From Fimbriimonadales bacterium (GTDB lineage Bacteria > Armatimonadota > Fimbriimonadia > Fimbriimonadales > JABRVX01): a stretch of 42,711 nucleotides of DNA. Below are positions 28,232-36,876 of this stretch, in pieces; positions within the stretch are counted from its first letter, which is position 1, and every line of letters starts with the position of its first letter. The stretch lies in the NCBI GenBank assembly GCA_045862955.1, contig BTVI01000027.1, positions 1-42,711 of the forward strand, written 5' to 3'. The translations under genes were made by a program, and so were the position numbers. The notes beneath the pieces are model-generated. The model had not been told where the DNA came from and did not search any database. It was given only the letters and a program-made list of their open reading frames with translations.

Positions 28232-28683
28232 GCATCACGCTGCCGTTGGAGGCGATTGCAGCAGCGCTCGAGGAGATGGTCGCCGCGGCGTGGCCCGAGG
28301 TGGTGTCGCCCATTCTGTACGAGACGGAACCGATGCGCATCCTATTGGACCGACAGTCTTCTCCGCAGGTAGCCGTGGTGTGGGGAAAGGTCTCGAGCGA
28401 GCCGGACTGGGGGCCGACGGTCGGCGCGTTCGACCTCGAGGTGGACGTGTTCTACTTTCAGCGCGCCGAGGCACCCGCTGCGATGGAAGCTGCCATGCGG
28501 ACGAAGGCCGCTGCCCTTCTGAACCGCGCGCTGGATGCGGGAAATCGCTGGAGCGGTGTCGCTGGCATGCACGGCTGGAGGCTCCGGGACGCCGAGGCGC
28601 CGCAGGCATCGAGGGCGTGGCGGGCCACCGGTTGGGTGGTGGCGCACATCCCTTTGGAGGTGAGGTTCGACTATGAACGGTAG
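28228..28683 (+). CDS. Putative tail terminator/neck protein (gp37-like)
   Basis: 151 aa with N-terminal helix, beta-strands, central helix and terminal strand; ATGA coupling; function inferred from size and position only. Confidence 0.45.
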   Translation: MSITLPLEAIAAALEEMVAAAWPEVVSPILYETEPMRILLDRQSSPQVAVVWGKVSSEPDWGPTVGAFDLEVDVFYFQRAEAPAAMEAAMRTKAAALLNRALDAGNRWSGVAGMHGWRLRDAEAPQASRAWRATGWVVAHIPLEVRFDYER

Positions 28684-28918
28684 CGTGGCAACGGAGTCGG
28701 GCGTGACGCTGTCCTGGCTGCAGCTAATGCTCGGCGTGGTGAGCCTGCTGGGCACCGTGCTTTGGTCTTGGCATTCGATTGCCTCACGGCTGGAGGTGAC
28801 TACGGCGGTACAGAGCGAGCAGCTCGGGCGACTGTTTCGCACTGCGGAAGAGCAGCAGCGTCTGCTTGCGGACGTGCGAGAGCGGGTGGCTCGGATCGAG
28901 GAAAGGGGGCGAAAGTGA
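28673..28918 (+). CDS. Small membrane/coiled-coil protein (holin-associated type)
   Basis: One TM helix, then a coiled coil ending RVARIEERGRK; overlaps neighbours. Confidence 0.55.
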   Translation: MNGSVATESGVTLSWLQLMLGVVSLLGTVLWSWHSIASRLEVTTAVQSEQLGRLFRTAEEQQRLLADVRERVARIEERGRK

Positions 28919-29094
28919 CCTACGATTTGTTCAAGTTTCGCTGGACGATCTTAGGCGCAATGATGGTCGGCCTGGGGGCCGGGCTGGCCGGATCGGAGTT
29001 CCACCCGATCCTGCGCGCTCTGGGAGCGATGCTGTCTTCGGGCGGTGCGGCCATCGGTGGGTTCTTTCTAGACCGGAAGGCGGCTGGTTCGTGA
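28915..29094 (+). CDS. Putative holin (59 aa, two TM helices)
   Basis: GTGA overlaps at both ends, two hydrophobic segments, charged C-terminus, amidase nearby. Confidence 0.5.
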   Translation: MTYDLFKFRWTILGAMMVGLGAGLAGSEFHPILRALGAMLSSGGAAIGGFFLDRKAAGS

Positions 29095-29528
29095 GCTACT
29101 TCAGCGACGCCGACCTGACGGAGCGACTTCGGGGCACCGGGATCGTGCCCGTCTCGGCCGAGGTCAACGCCGCGAGGGCGTTTGCCGAGGGCTATGTGGA
29201 CGCCGCTCTGACGAGCCGCTATCACGTGCCGTTCGACCCGGTGCCCGAGGTGGTTCGGTTCGTGGCGCTGGACATCGCCGCGTACGAGGTGCTCTCGAAG
29301 CACTTCACAACCGAGGACCCCAACGTCGGCGACCTAGTGCGGCAGTTCTGGAAGAGGGCACAAGACACGTTGGCGGCCCTGGCCGAGGGACGGTTGCGGT
29401 TGGGGGACGACGCCCGCGTGGACCAGACGGCGGAGCAGCAGCCGCTCGCGAGCCGCACGACCGAGGACAGCGTGTTTCGCCTGCCCGACGAGCGGTCGGC
29501 AGAGCCGGGCACGATGGAGGACTGGTGA
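29091..29528 (+). CDS. Mu gp36-like (DUF1320) head-tail adaptor
   Basis: SY....DL..R, A..YVDAAL..RY.VPF..VP, DIAAY.V, A...L..LA.G...LG. Confidence 0.85.
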   Translation: MSYFSDADLTERLRGTGIVPVSAEVNAARAFAEGYVDAALTSRYHVPFDPVPEVVRFVALDIAAYEVLSKHFTTEDPNVGDLVRQFWKRAQDTLAALAEGRLRLGDDARVDQTAEQQPLASRTTEDSVFRLPDERSAEPGTMEDW

Positions 29529-30007
29529 CAGGGCGGTACATGGAGCGCCGGTCGCCTAATCAAGGGAGCCGGCGCGGTGCCACCGTGGACACCATCGTGC
29601 TACACGCGACCGGCGGAACGAGTTTCGTAGGTGCGGTTCGGTGGTTGTGCGACCCGGCGAGTCGCGTGTCGGCGCACTTCGTGATCGGCAAGAAGGGCGA
29701 GCTGGCCAAGCTGGTGCCGCTCTCTCGCGCCGCCTATCACGCGGGAAGGTCGCGGCTGCCGGACGGTAGCGGCGGCGTCAATCGCCGTTCCATCGGCATC
29801 GAGCTGGTGAACCGCAACGATGGTGACGACCCCTACCCGCTTGCCCAGCTATCGCGTCTAGAGACGCTGCTGGCGGAGCTGATGCGCGCCTTTCCCATTC
29901 GGTGGTTGGTGTCGCACGCCAGCATCGCACTGCCCGCGGGCCGAAAGACCGACCCGAGGGGGCTGGACGTGCAGGCGCTGGCTCGTGAGCTCGGATTGGA
30001 TGGTTAG
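29525..30007 (+). CDS. N-acetylmuramoyl-L-alanine amidase (Amidase_2), putative endolysin
   Basis: SPN, IVLHAT, VSAHFVI, AYHAG, SIGIELVN, H..IA...RKTDP. Confidence 0.93.
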   Translation: MTGRYMERRSPNQGSRRGATVDTIVLHATGGTSFVGAVRWLCDPASRVSAHFVIGKKGELAKLVPLSRAAYHAGRSRLPDGSGGVNRRSIGIELVNRNDGDDPYPLAQLSRLETLLAELMRAFPIRWLVSHASIALPAGRKTDPRGLDVQALARELGLDG

Positions 30008-30018
30008 GAGGTGCATGC

Positions 30019-30438
30019 ATGGCACAACGCCTGATCGCACAAGACGCGATCATCACCATAGCGCCGGCGGGTGCGGACGACGGCACTTTCAGCCCTGGTA
30101 GCGCGGTCACGTTGAGGTTTCGAAGTGCCAACTTCCTGTTCCGAAGCGACCTCGTGGACGTAACAGCGGCGGGAGACCCCTACCGAATGCTGCGTATCGC
30201 GAGGCGCGACTTCGTGGTGGAGTGCGAGGGGTTAGTACACACGACGAACGGCAACTATCCGGACTTGACAGCCCTCGCCTTCGACAACGCACTCGCACGA
30301 CTTACATGCACTCTCATCGGATCGGGTAGGTCCGTGGTCGTGGACGGCATCATCGAAAGGCTGAACCTGAACGTGGCCGAGCCCGATACGGAGAGTCTTA
30401 CGCTGCGGCCGTATGGCATCGCCCCGATCCTCACATGA
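30019..30438 (+). CDS. Putative tail tube protein (non-contractile type)
   Basis: 139-aa beta-rich protein with F....VDVT...D..R pattern; strong AGGAGG RBS; precedes a frameshifting chaperone gene; no sheath gene present. Confidence 0.6.
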   Translation: MAQRLIAQDAIITIAPAGADDGTFSPGSAVTLRFRSANFLFRSDLVDVTAAGDPYRMLRIARRDFVVECEGLVHTTNGNYPDLTALAFDNALARLTCTLIGSGRSVVVDGIIERLNLNVAEPDTESLTLRPYGIAPILT

Positions 30439-30797
30439 CACCGGAGCGCAAGAGGGAGATTGATGGCTCTCGATTCGGTTACCCGCAACGCATACGCCTG
30501 AGACGTATCGAGGACCTGGCAACGTTGATACGTGTGGCGTGCGACCAGCGCGAGGCCAAGCCGCTTGCCGTGCATTTCTCGAAGGTGTTCGGTTTCGGTG
30601 TGACCGAGGCGGTGGTGCAGGCGTCGGCCGTGCTCAGTGCATGCTGGGACGCCGAACCGCCGAAGCGCCTGGAGGATCTGATTGCTATGTCGCGCGAGCA
30701 CGGATCGTTGATGCTGGAAATGCTCCGTGTGTGCAACGAACTGAACGGGTGGAGCGACGACCCTTTTGGGAGTGCCGCTGGTGGCGGCGGCTGCTAG
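30435..30797 (+). CDS. Putative tail assembly chaperone (G); -1 frameshift extends it to 30904 (GT)
   Basis: Follows the tail tube gene; in-frame C CCT TTT heptamer at 30761-30767 near the 3' end; open -1 frame to the stop at 30904. Confidence 0.65.
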   Translation: MTPERKREIDGSRFGYPQRIRLRRIEDLATLIRVACDQREAKPLAVHFSKVFGFGVTEAVVQASAVLSACWDAEPPKRLEDLIAMSREHGSLMLEMLRVCNELNGWSDDPFGSAAGGGGC

Positions 30798-30912
30798 GTG
30801 CATCTTTGGGTGTGCTCGGACGACATCCCATCGAGCTCTGCCATCTACCTCGGTGGGTACTCGAGGAGGTTGCAGAGTGGAGGAGTCACTTAGGCGAGAA
30901 GTAGCCTCTTCC

Positions 30913-31248
30913 TTGAGATGGGCTGAAAAGGTACTAGGATGGATTCGGGCGTGTCTGACGCCAGCGCTGTCAGTGGGTGGAGTGTCGCAACGCCTGCTAG
31001 CAAGCAATCCTCAGTCGAGTACCGATGCTGGCGGCGGAAAGGTTTCGCCGCAACGAGCGGAGGAGTCTGCGCGCACTGGCACGCCAGTGCACTCGCAAGA
31101 GGCTGTTTCGGATGATCTGCTTCGACGGCTTCAGGGGGTGGCCCGACTGCTGGAGGAAGTGGTGATGCGCGCAGCGCGCGTAGGCGAGCCGGTGTTAGCA
31201 GACGATCCGTGGCGGGATTCGCGCATCGCGTTGAGCGAGGAGCTGTAG
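30913..31248 (+). other. Short open frame at the tape-measure position (remnant or miniature protein)
   Basis: Open frame without a good ATG/RBS whose stop abuts the next ATG; about 110 codons only; start uncertain. Confidence 0.35.
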
Positions 31249-33465
31249 ATGTCCATCGAGCTGCTGCTGAACACGACGGAGAGGGAGTTGCGCGATCCCG
31301 GCTGGGGGAAGACCTTGTCTGCGTTGCAGATCGTGCATCGAGAACCCTTGGACGAGGGCCTGTGGCGGGAGCCTATAACCGGTGCTGTCATGTTACGCCC
31401 CTCGCCGCTGCTACCCGAGTGGAAGGAGGGTGATACCTACGAAGGAGACAAGCTGACAGTCGAGGACTTCCACCGGCGCGAGATGTTCTGGGAGACGGTG
31501 TACACCCGCGGCGGACTGGAGGACCCGTTCCTGTCCCTGGGGTATCCGGCCGGATCGATGCCCGGCGATGTGGAGTTGGACACCGGGCTCGGCATGGGGG
31601 GACTGGTCGAAGGCTACGGTGCGGGGCTCGTGTGGGCCTTGCACTCTAAGGAGAACCTGACGCTGAACCAGGGCGTATACCTCGAGGCGCGGCACCTAGG
31701 ATACACCTACGATCGTGCGGCAGACTACCTAGCTCTCGTGTTCGGGCAGTATGCGCTCAAGCTGCGCACAGACGGCACCGCACTGCTGCTACGCTACATG
31801 CAGCGCGAGAACGAATGGTCTCGGCTTCATGCGATGAGGTTCGCTGGTCCTTCGGAGCAACATGGGGAAGGGCTCTCGGTGTTAGTGCTCCCGGTGCTTG
31901 GGAACCGACTACATTTTTACTTCTCCAGCCTGCGGGCCGTGGATGCTAGCACCGATTCGGAACGACTGCCTGCGCCGCGGAGCAGCTACCACGCGTATCG
32001 CTTGCCACGCTCGGAAGAGCAGTGGGATTCGGTAACACGCGTGTGGCGAGTGGTGGACGAAGGGCCGATTCGGGTCGCAGTGTCTCCTGGGCGTCGCTAC
32101 TTCCTTCAGATCGGCAAGGTGCGATTCGCGGCCGGGCAGCGCTCGGTGTATCTAGGACACGACGATCTGGGTGCACCGCTTGCGAAGCCACCTAAGATCA
32201 CGTTGCACGGGTACTTGCCGGGAGATGCGGAGATGGAGGGTCTGGTCCTGGACGCCGACACGGGTGGCGTGTTTAGCGTGGGTGATAGCACCAAACCCCA
32301 ACCTCGCGTTCTGCTGTCGGGTGCGGTGTCGGGGCCGTGGTCGCCGGAGCTTCACGCGGTCACCGTGCAGTTCGCGCCACGGATCGCATCGGTACCGCGA
32401 GAGACGCTCGACGTGAGCAGCGACGTGATGACAGTGCGGCTGCGCCTCAGCGACGATATGCAGCCGCAAACACTGCTAGCGACGCTCCGCGACTGGGCTG
32501 CTCTGCCGTTGCACGCGGGCATTCCATGCCGAGTGTCACTGGGTGGTACGTCGCTGTTTCGCGGCAACGTGGACTCTGTGACGAGCCGAGCCGGGGTGCC
32601 AGGGCAGACGGTCACATTGCGGGCGCGAGACGGATGGTCGCGGCTCGAGAGCGTTCAGGCCGTACCTTCGCCGGCATTCGACGGCTGGGTTCATACGGAA
32701 GTAGTGCGCTACCTGCTAGGGCGCGCGGGTGTGGCGGACGACGAGATGGATATCGCGGAAGGCGACGCGAGCTTGCCGGGCGGTGGCCAGACCGACGAGG
32801 AGCCGGATGCTATCCCGCTGAGCCCGTCGGTGAACGACTGGCGCTTCTGCCCGAAGCCCGGAGACACGGTGGCGGATATGCTTCGACTGATTGGCACGCA
32901 GTTCAGCGGTTGGACGCTGCGCCACGACGCAGGAGTGTGGCGTTACCGGCCACGACCACAAGGACAGGAGCCGGACCTGTGGGTGTTCGCCCGGACCGCA
33001 GACTACGTGGAGTCCAGCGAGCCCGACGAGCACAAGCTGCGAGCGCTAACACTACACCGCGTGGTAGTCCCACCCGAGTTCAACGTTCTGTACGTGTACG
33101 GCGCGGACGGATCGCGCGATGCGCATAGGGTGATGACCTATGAGCGCAACCTCGCATCCATTCAGCTGCCAGGCTCGGAGGACTACCTAGGGCGCGCCGT
33201 CGAGGCCCACCACACGGTGTCGTGGGCTACTACGGCGGAGGCGTGCGCGCGAGTCTCGCGTCTGCTGATGAACGAGAAGGGCCGGTCGCGCCACCTGTGT
33301 ACGTTCACATGTGAGTGGCGAGCCGCGGTGCTACCGGGCGCAGTGGCGTCGGTAGTAGGTGTCAACGGTGAGGCGTTAGGTGAGTACCGGCTGACGGATG
33401 TGCAGATCGAAACGGGGGGTCGACGGGGTCAGCGTTTGCTCGCACGCTGTACCGGCACGGCATGA
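31249..33465 (+). CDS. Putative tail hub/baseplate protein
   Basis: 738 aa; C-terminal half has LFRG.VD.V....TVTLRARDG..RL and FN.LYVYG patterns, as in tail hub proteins; position in the tail module. Confidence 0.55.
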   Translation: MSIELLLNTTERELRDPGWGKTLSALQIVHREPLDEGLWREPITGAVMLRPSPLLPEWKEGDTYEGDKLTVEDFHRREMFWETVYTRGGLEDPFLSLGYPAGSMPGDVELDTGLGMGGLVEGYGAGLVWALHSKENLTLNQGVYLEARHLGYTYDRAADYLALVFGQYALKLRTDGTALLLRYMQRENEWSRLHAMRFAGPSEQHGEGLSVLVLPVLGNRLHFYFSSLRAVDASTDSERLPAPRSSYHAYRLPRSEEQWDSVTRVWRVVDEGPIRVAVSPGRRYFLQIGKVRFAAGQRSVYLGHDDLGAPLAKPPKITLHGYLPGDAEMEGLVLDADTGGVFSVGDSTKPQPRVLLSGAVSGPWSPELHAVTVQFAPRIASVPRETLDVSSDVMTVRLRLSDDMQPQTLLATLRDWAALPLHAGIPCRVSLGGTSLFRGNVDSVTSRAGVPGQTVTLRARDGWSRLESVQAVPSPAFDGWVHTEVVRYLLGRAGVADDEMDIAEGDASLPGGGQTDEEPDAIPLSPSVNDWRFCPKPGDTVADMLRLIGTQFSGWTLRHDAGVWRYRPRPQGQEPDLWVFARTADYVESSEPDEHKLRALTLHRVVVPPEFNVLYVYGADGSRDAHRVMTYERNLASIQLPGSEDYLGRAVEAHHTVSWATTAEACARVSRLLMNEKGRSRHLCTFTCEWRAAVLPGAVASVVGVNGEALGEYRLTDVQIETGGRRGQRLLARCTGTA

Positions 33466-33538
33466 GGCGGGGCAGCGCGTTGCGTACGTGTTTCTGCCGG
33501 TCTCGTGATTCGGCCTTGCTCGACCTCACGCCAATACG

Positions 33539-33643
33539 GTCATGCTGAGCTTGTCGAAGCATGCGGTCGGTAGCCGCGAAGGTGGCGGTGGATAACGTTA
33601 GCGTGCGGCGCGCGAGGTCATGCTTCGACAGGCTCAGCATGAC
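33539..33643. repeat. Inverted REP pair of the same family as 34-174, inside the phage-like cluster
   Basis: GTCATGCTGAGCTTGTCGAAGCATG at 33539-33563 and GTCATGCTTCGACAGGCTCAGCATGAC at 33617-33643. Confidence 0.9.
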
Positions 33644-33713
33644 GAGTGAGGGCTAGTCGCGGAATCGCGCGTAGGCATTCGGGCCGAGGCGGTGGCAGGA
33701 AGGAGGTCGTGCG

Positions 33714-33941
33714 ATGGATTGGGAGCGGGAGCGATTGAGGGAGGCACTATCAGGTCTTATGAGGCAGGAGTATGTGCGGTCCGGGGACCGGGCATTCACG
33801 AGTGGGAACCTGACCACACAGCGGCTAGATGTCGCACGGCTTCCGCTAGGCGAGTCGCGATCGCTTACAGCCTCCGACGGCTCGCCGTTCCTGATCGTGG
33901 GCCTCAGCCACATCGGCGACGGGTCGGTGGTAGGCCGCTAG
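33714..33941 (+). CDS. Small hypothetical tail-module protein (75 aa)
   Basis: GGAAGGAGG RBS; stop 1 nt before the next ATG. Confidence 0.65.
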   Translation: MDWERERLREALSGLMRQEYVRSGDRAFTSGNLTTQRLDVARLPLGESRSLTASDGSPFLIVGLSHIGDGSVVGR

Positions 33942-33942
33942 C

Positions 33943-36867
33943 ATGGTAGACCTGTTCCGCACGGGGCGGACGCGAAGGCTGACACTCGCGTGGGCGTTTA
34001 GCGTCGAGGCGGCCTATCGTGCCCTGCAGCCCGTGGGCGAGGGATACACCGGCGGCTCCGGCATCGCTGTGCGGTGGCTCGGCTTCGAGGTGTGGGCAGG
34101 CAGCCCGGGCGATGTGTGTGGCCGCAGCGACACGGGCGCACCGCCGAATGGGTTTCTGCTACCGATCGCTGGTGGCCCGGATGGCCTGTCTTGGGTGTTA
34201 CAGATCAGGCTGCCGGGCGACCCCGCCACGGGCTTCGGAGGGTACTTCAATGCCTATGGCCCCTGGGGCCACGTTGGCGACGAGATGCCCGTGGCCGCTT
34301 ATAAGCCGCTAGGGATGCCCACCGTTCCACCCGGGCAAAGGTATGGCGTCGTCGGCTCCGTCGCGCTATGGATGGACGTGGAAGAGTGGAAGGGTATCGA
34401 GATCGACGCACGAACCCCTCGGGTGCCACTTTCGTATCCCACGAGCGGACAGGGTCCCGGCGACGACGATTTCGTAGGTATGTGCACCATGCATTACTAC
34501 GAAGGGCCGAAGGCGGGCGGGCAGTATGGGTTCGCGATTACGCTCGAGGAGGGGTTCGGGGCATCTGCATCGGCTGACATACCTGCCGACATCGTCGGCC
34601 CCGACGTGCTAGCACACACCCCGACGGCGAGGCTGTTCCACTCCCCATCGAATGAAGAGGGCTTCGCAGGAAGTATCGGCACCATGCGTCTCAACGAGCT
34701 ACCGATCAACTTCGATCGCGTAGCCTGCGAGCAGCCATACTACACGTGCGTGGGTGCGGAGGACGGTACGCTGTGGGGAGAGACTGCTGCACACCCCTCC
34801 GGCCCCTACCTTGCGACGTGCGAGTGCGCGCCCGACACCGAATTGCAGGTGCATGGTGTCACCACGAAGGTCTTCGAGCCGAACTACGGTGCGGCCGTTC
34901 GCTATCGCCGCTCGTGGGCGGAGCCGCCGGAGGTCGTGAAGGCTAACGGGGTCTACGCCGGAGAGCCCGAGTCGTACACGGAGCAGCGCGCTGCCGTGGA
35001 GCGGTGCGTGGGTGGAGAGCCGGTCCCGCTATGCGACGTACTGCTAGCGAGGCCCGACCTCTTCCTTTGGCTAGACAACGAGTGGATGACGCAGAACGGC
35101 GAAATACCTCAGGACTGGCGAATCCTGATCGCAGACGACTTCTCGTGGACGCCCTTCGAGCTGGCTCACACAACTTCGCGCACGGTGGATGCGTTCGACT
35201 CGGCTGAGGGCTGGGTGGGTGAGAATGCCACGGTTACCGCATCGGGTGGCATCCTGCGCCTCGTCGTGGCTGGCGGCGAGGGCAGTGTGCGCAAGAACCT
35301 CACGCGCGACGCATCGCAGTATAGGAAGCTGAGGCTCACTGCGCGCTCCAATCCGGCCGGACCCTGCACGGTCCGGCTGAACGACTCGAACCTATACGTG
35401 TGGGAACTCGACCTGACCACGGGGTTCAGGGAGTACGTGCTCGATCTGTGCGTGCCCCAGGGGGCGAGTGCCGACTACGACCTGACGGACAGCTCTTACG
35501 TACCTCCGGGAGAGTACTACGGCCCGAGGCACATCGAGAGCGTCGGCCTGGAGCGACTGTCGGATGGCGCCACCTACAGCTTCGCCGATCTGTCTCTTGT
35601 TAGAACGCGGGAGGCTGCAGTCACGGCCCTGCCGCCCTTCGACGAGAGCGTGATAGGTGACGACGGGGTGAGGCGATATCGCCTGTGCTGGGGATTGTGC
35701 GACGGTAGGCAGATTCTGGACATGCCGTATCGTGTCGAGGACACTCGCGGGGATCGGTTCCTCAGCGTGCGCGAGCTGATCGAGGAGCTAACATCGCACG
35801 ATGCATGCGACGTCAGAGTGCCGGCGCCGCCCGGCAGTGACGAGCGCACGCGGTACTACTACGATCACGACTCTCGCTTGGCGGCCTTCATGGCGTCCGA
35901 GTGGTACTCCGGAGGCACCAAACTCGACCTGCTAGACGTGAGCCTCGTGGGCAGAACTCCCATCCGCTGGCTACAACGATACGACATGGTGGGTATCTAT
36001 CCAGGGATCGGTGACCCTGCCGGCTCGCACGGCGGTCCCTACCCTCTGCGCTTCACCAAACGGTTGCGAGCGATGTGTCATGGACTAACCGTGGACATCA
36101 CGGAGCAGCGCTCGGCAGAAGGCGTGCCCGTCACACTCTATCGGAACGGTTCGGGCTACGCGAGCGCGGTCAGTGGAGAGGAAGGCTACTACCGCGTGGG
36201 CCCGTTCGCCCCTATTGACGGAGCGTGGTCTATCGGGACATCGGAGAGCGGGCCGATCCCTCTTCCGTCCGGGCTAACCGACAGGAAGTACCGCTGGGTG
36301 GGGCTCGCCGGCGAGCCACACCCTCTAGCAGGCAGGACGAGCATGACGCGTAACGAGACAGGAAGGCTGTTCGTTGCGTACACGGCGAACGACGGGCTGA
36401 GGCTGAGACGTTTCGAGACCGACGGACGGAGCGAGGACTTCATGCTGGAGGCCGGGTTCGCGGGCAGCGGCTTCGCGATAGCGTGGTCCCCGCCGGGACG
36501 TTTGCACGCGGTGCTGGAGATCGGCGGGAATGTGTTGCATCGGGTCGCCCTCGATGACGGTGAGACATGGGAGGAAGACGGGATGGTTTTCGCTTCGGCA
36601 GGTCATCCGAACTTAGCGGCGGACCCTGTAACGGGGTTCCTGTATGCTTTCAGTCACGATGGCAACGGAATACGTTGCAGCCGCTCCATAGACGGCGGTG
36701 CCACCTGGACCGATCCGGTGATCGTGGTTGCTCAGTGCCCTCAGCAGACGTGTGGTGTGACTATCAGGCCGGATGGTGCTAACACTCTCTTCGTGAGTTG
36801 GCTAGCCGAGGATGGGACGGTACGTCTCAGCCGCAGCCTGGACAACGGGGTTACGTGGCAAGAGTAG
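33943..36867 (+). CDS. Large tail-associated protein with C-terminal Asp-box (BNR) beta-propeller
   Basis: 974 aa; LDDGETWE, SIDGGATWT, SLDNGVTWQ; central jelly-roll/CBM-like segment (FDSAEGW...YRKLRL). Confidence 0.6.
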   Translation: MVDLFRTGRTRRLTLAWAFSVEAAYRALQPVGEGYTGGSGIAVRWLGFEVWAGSPGDVCGRSDTGAPPNGFLLPIAGGPDGLSWVLQIRLPGDPATGFGGYFNAYGPWGHVGDEMPVAAYKPLGMPTVPPGQRYGVVGSVALWMDVEEWKGIEIDARTPRVPLSYPTSGQGPGDDDFVGMCTMHYYEGPKAGGQYGFAITLEEGFGASASADIPADIVGPDVLAHTPTARLFHSPSNEEGFAGSIGTMRLNELPINFDRVACEQPYYTCVGAEDGTLWGETAAHPSGPYLATCECAPDTELQVHGVTTKVFEPNYGAAVRYRRSWAEPPEVVKANGVYAGEPESYTEQRAAVERCVGGEPVPLCDVLLARPDLFLWLDNEWMTQNGEIPQDWRILIADDFSWTPFELAHTTSRTVDAFDSAEGWVGENATVTASGGILRLVVAGGEGSVRKNLTRDASQYRKLRLTARSNPAGPCTVRLNDSNLYVWELDLTTGFREYVLDLCVPQGASADYDLTDSSYVPPGEYYGPRHIESVGLERLSDGATYSFADLSLVRTREAAVTALPPFDESVIGDDGVRRYRLCWGLCDGRQILDMPYRVEDTRGDRFLSVRELIEELTSHDACDVRVPAPPGSDERTRYYYDHDSRLAAFMASEWYSGGTKLDLLDVSLVGRTPIRWLQRYDMVGIYPGIGDPAGSHGGPYPLRFTKRLRAMCHGLTVDITEQRSAEGVPVTLYRNGSGYASAVSGEEGYYRVGPFAPIDGAWSIGTSESGPIPLPSGLTDRKYRWVGLAGEPHPLAGRTSMTRNETGRLFVAYTANDGLRLRRFETDGRSEDFMLEAGFAGSGFAIAWSPPGRLHAVLEIGGNVLHRVALDDGETWEEDGMVFASAGHPNLAADPVTGFLYAFSHDGNGIRCSRSIDGGATWTDPVIVVAQCPQQTCGVTIRPDGANTLFVSWLAEDGTVRLSRSLDNGVTWQE

Positions 36868-36876
36868 GAGGAGAAG

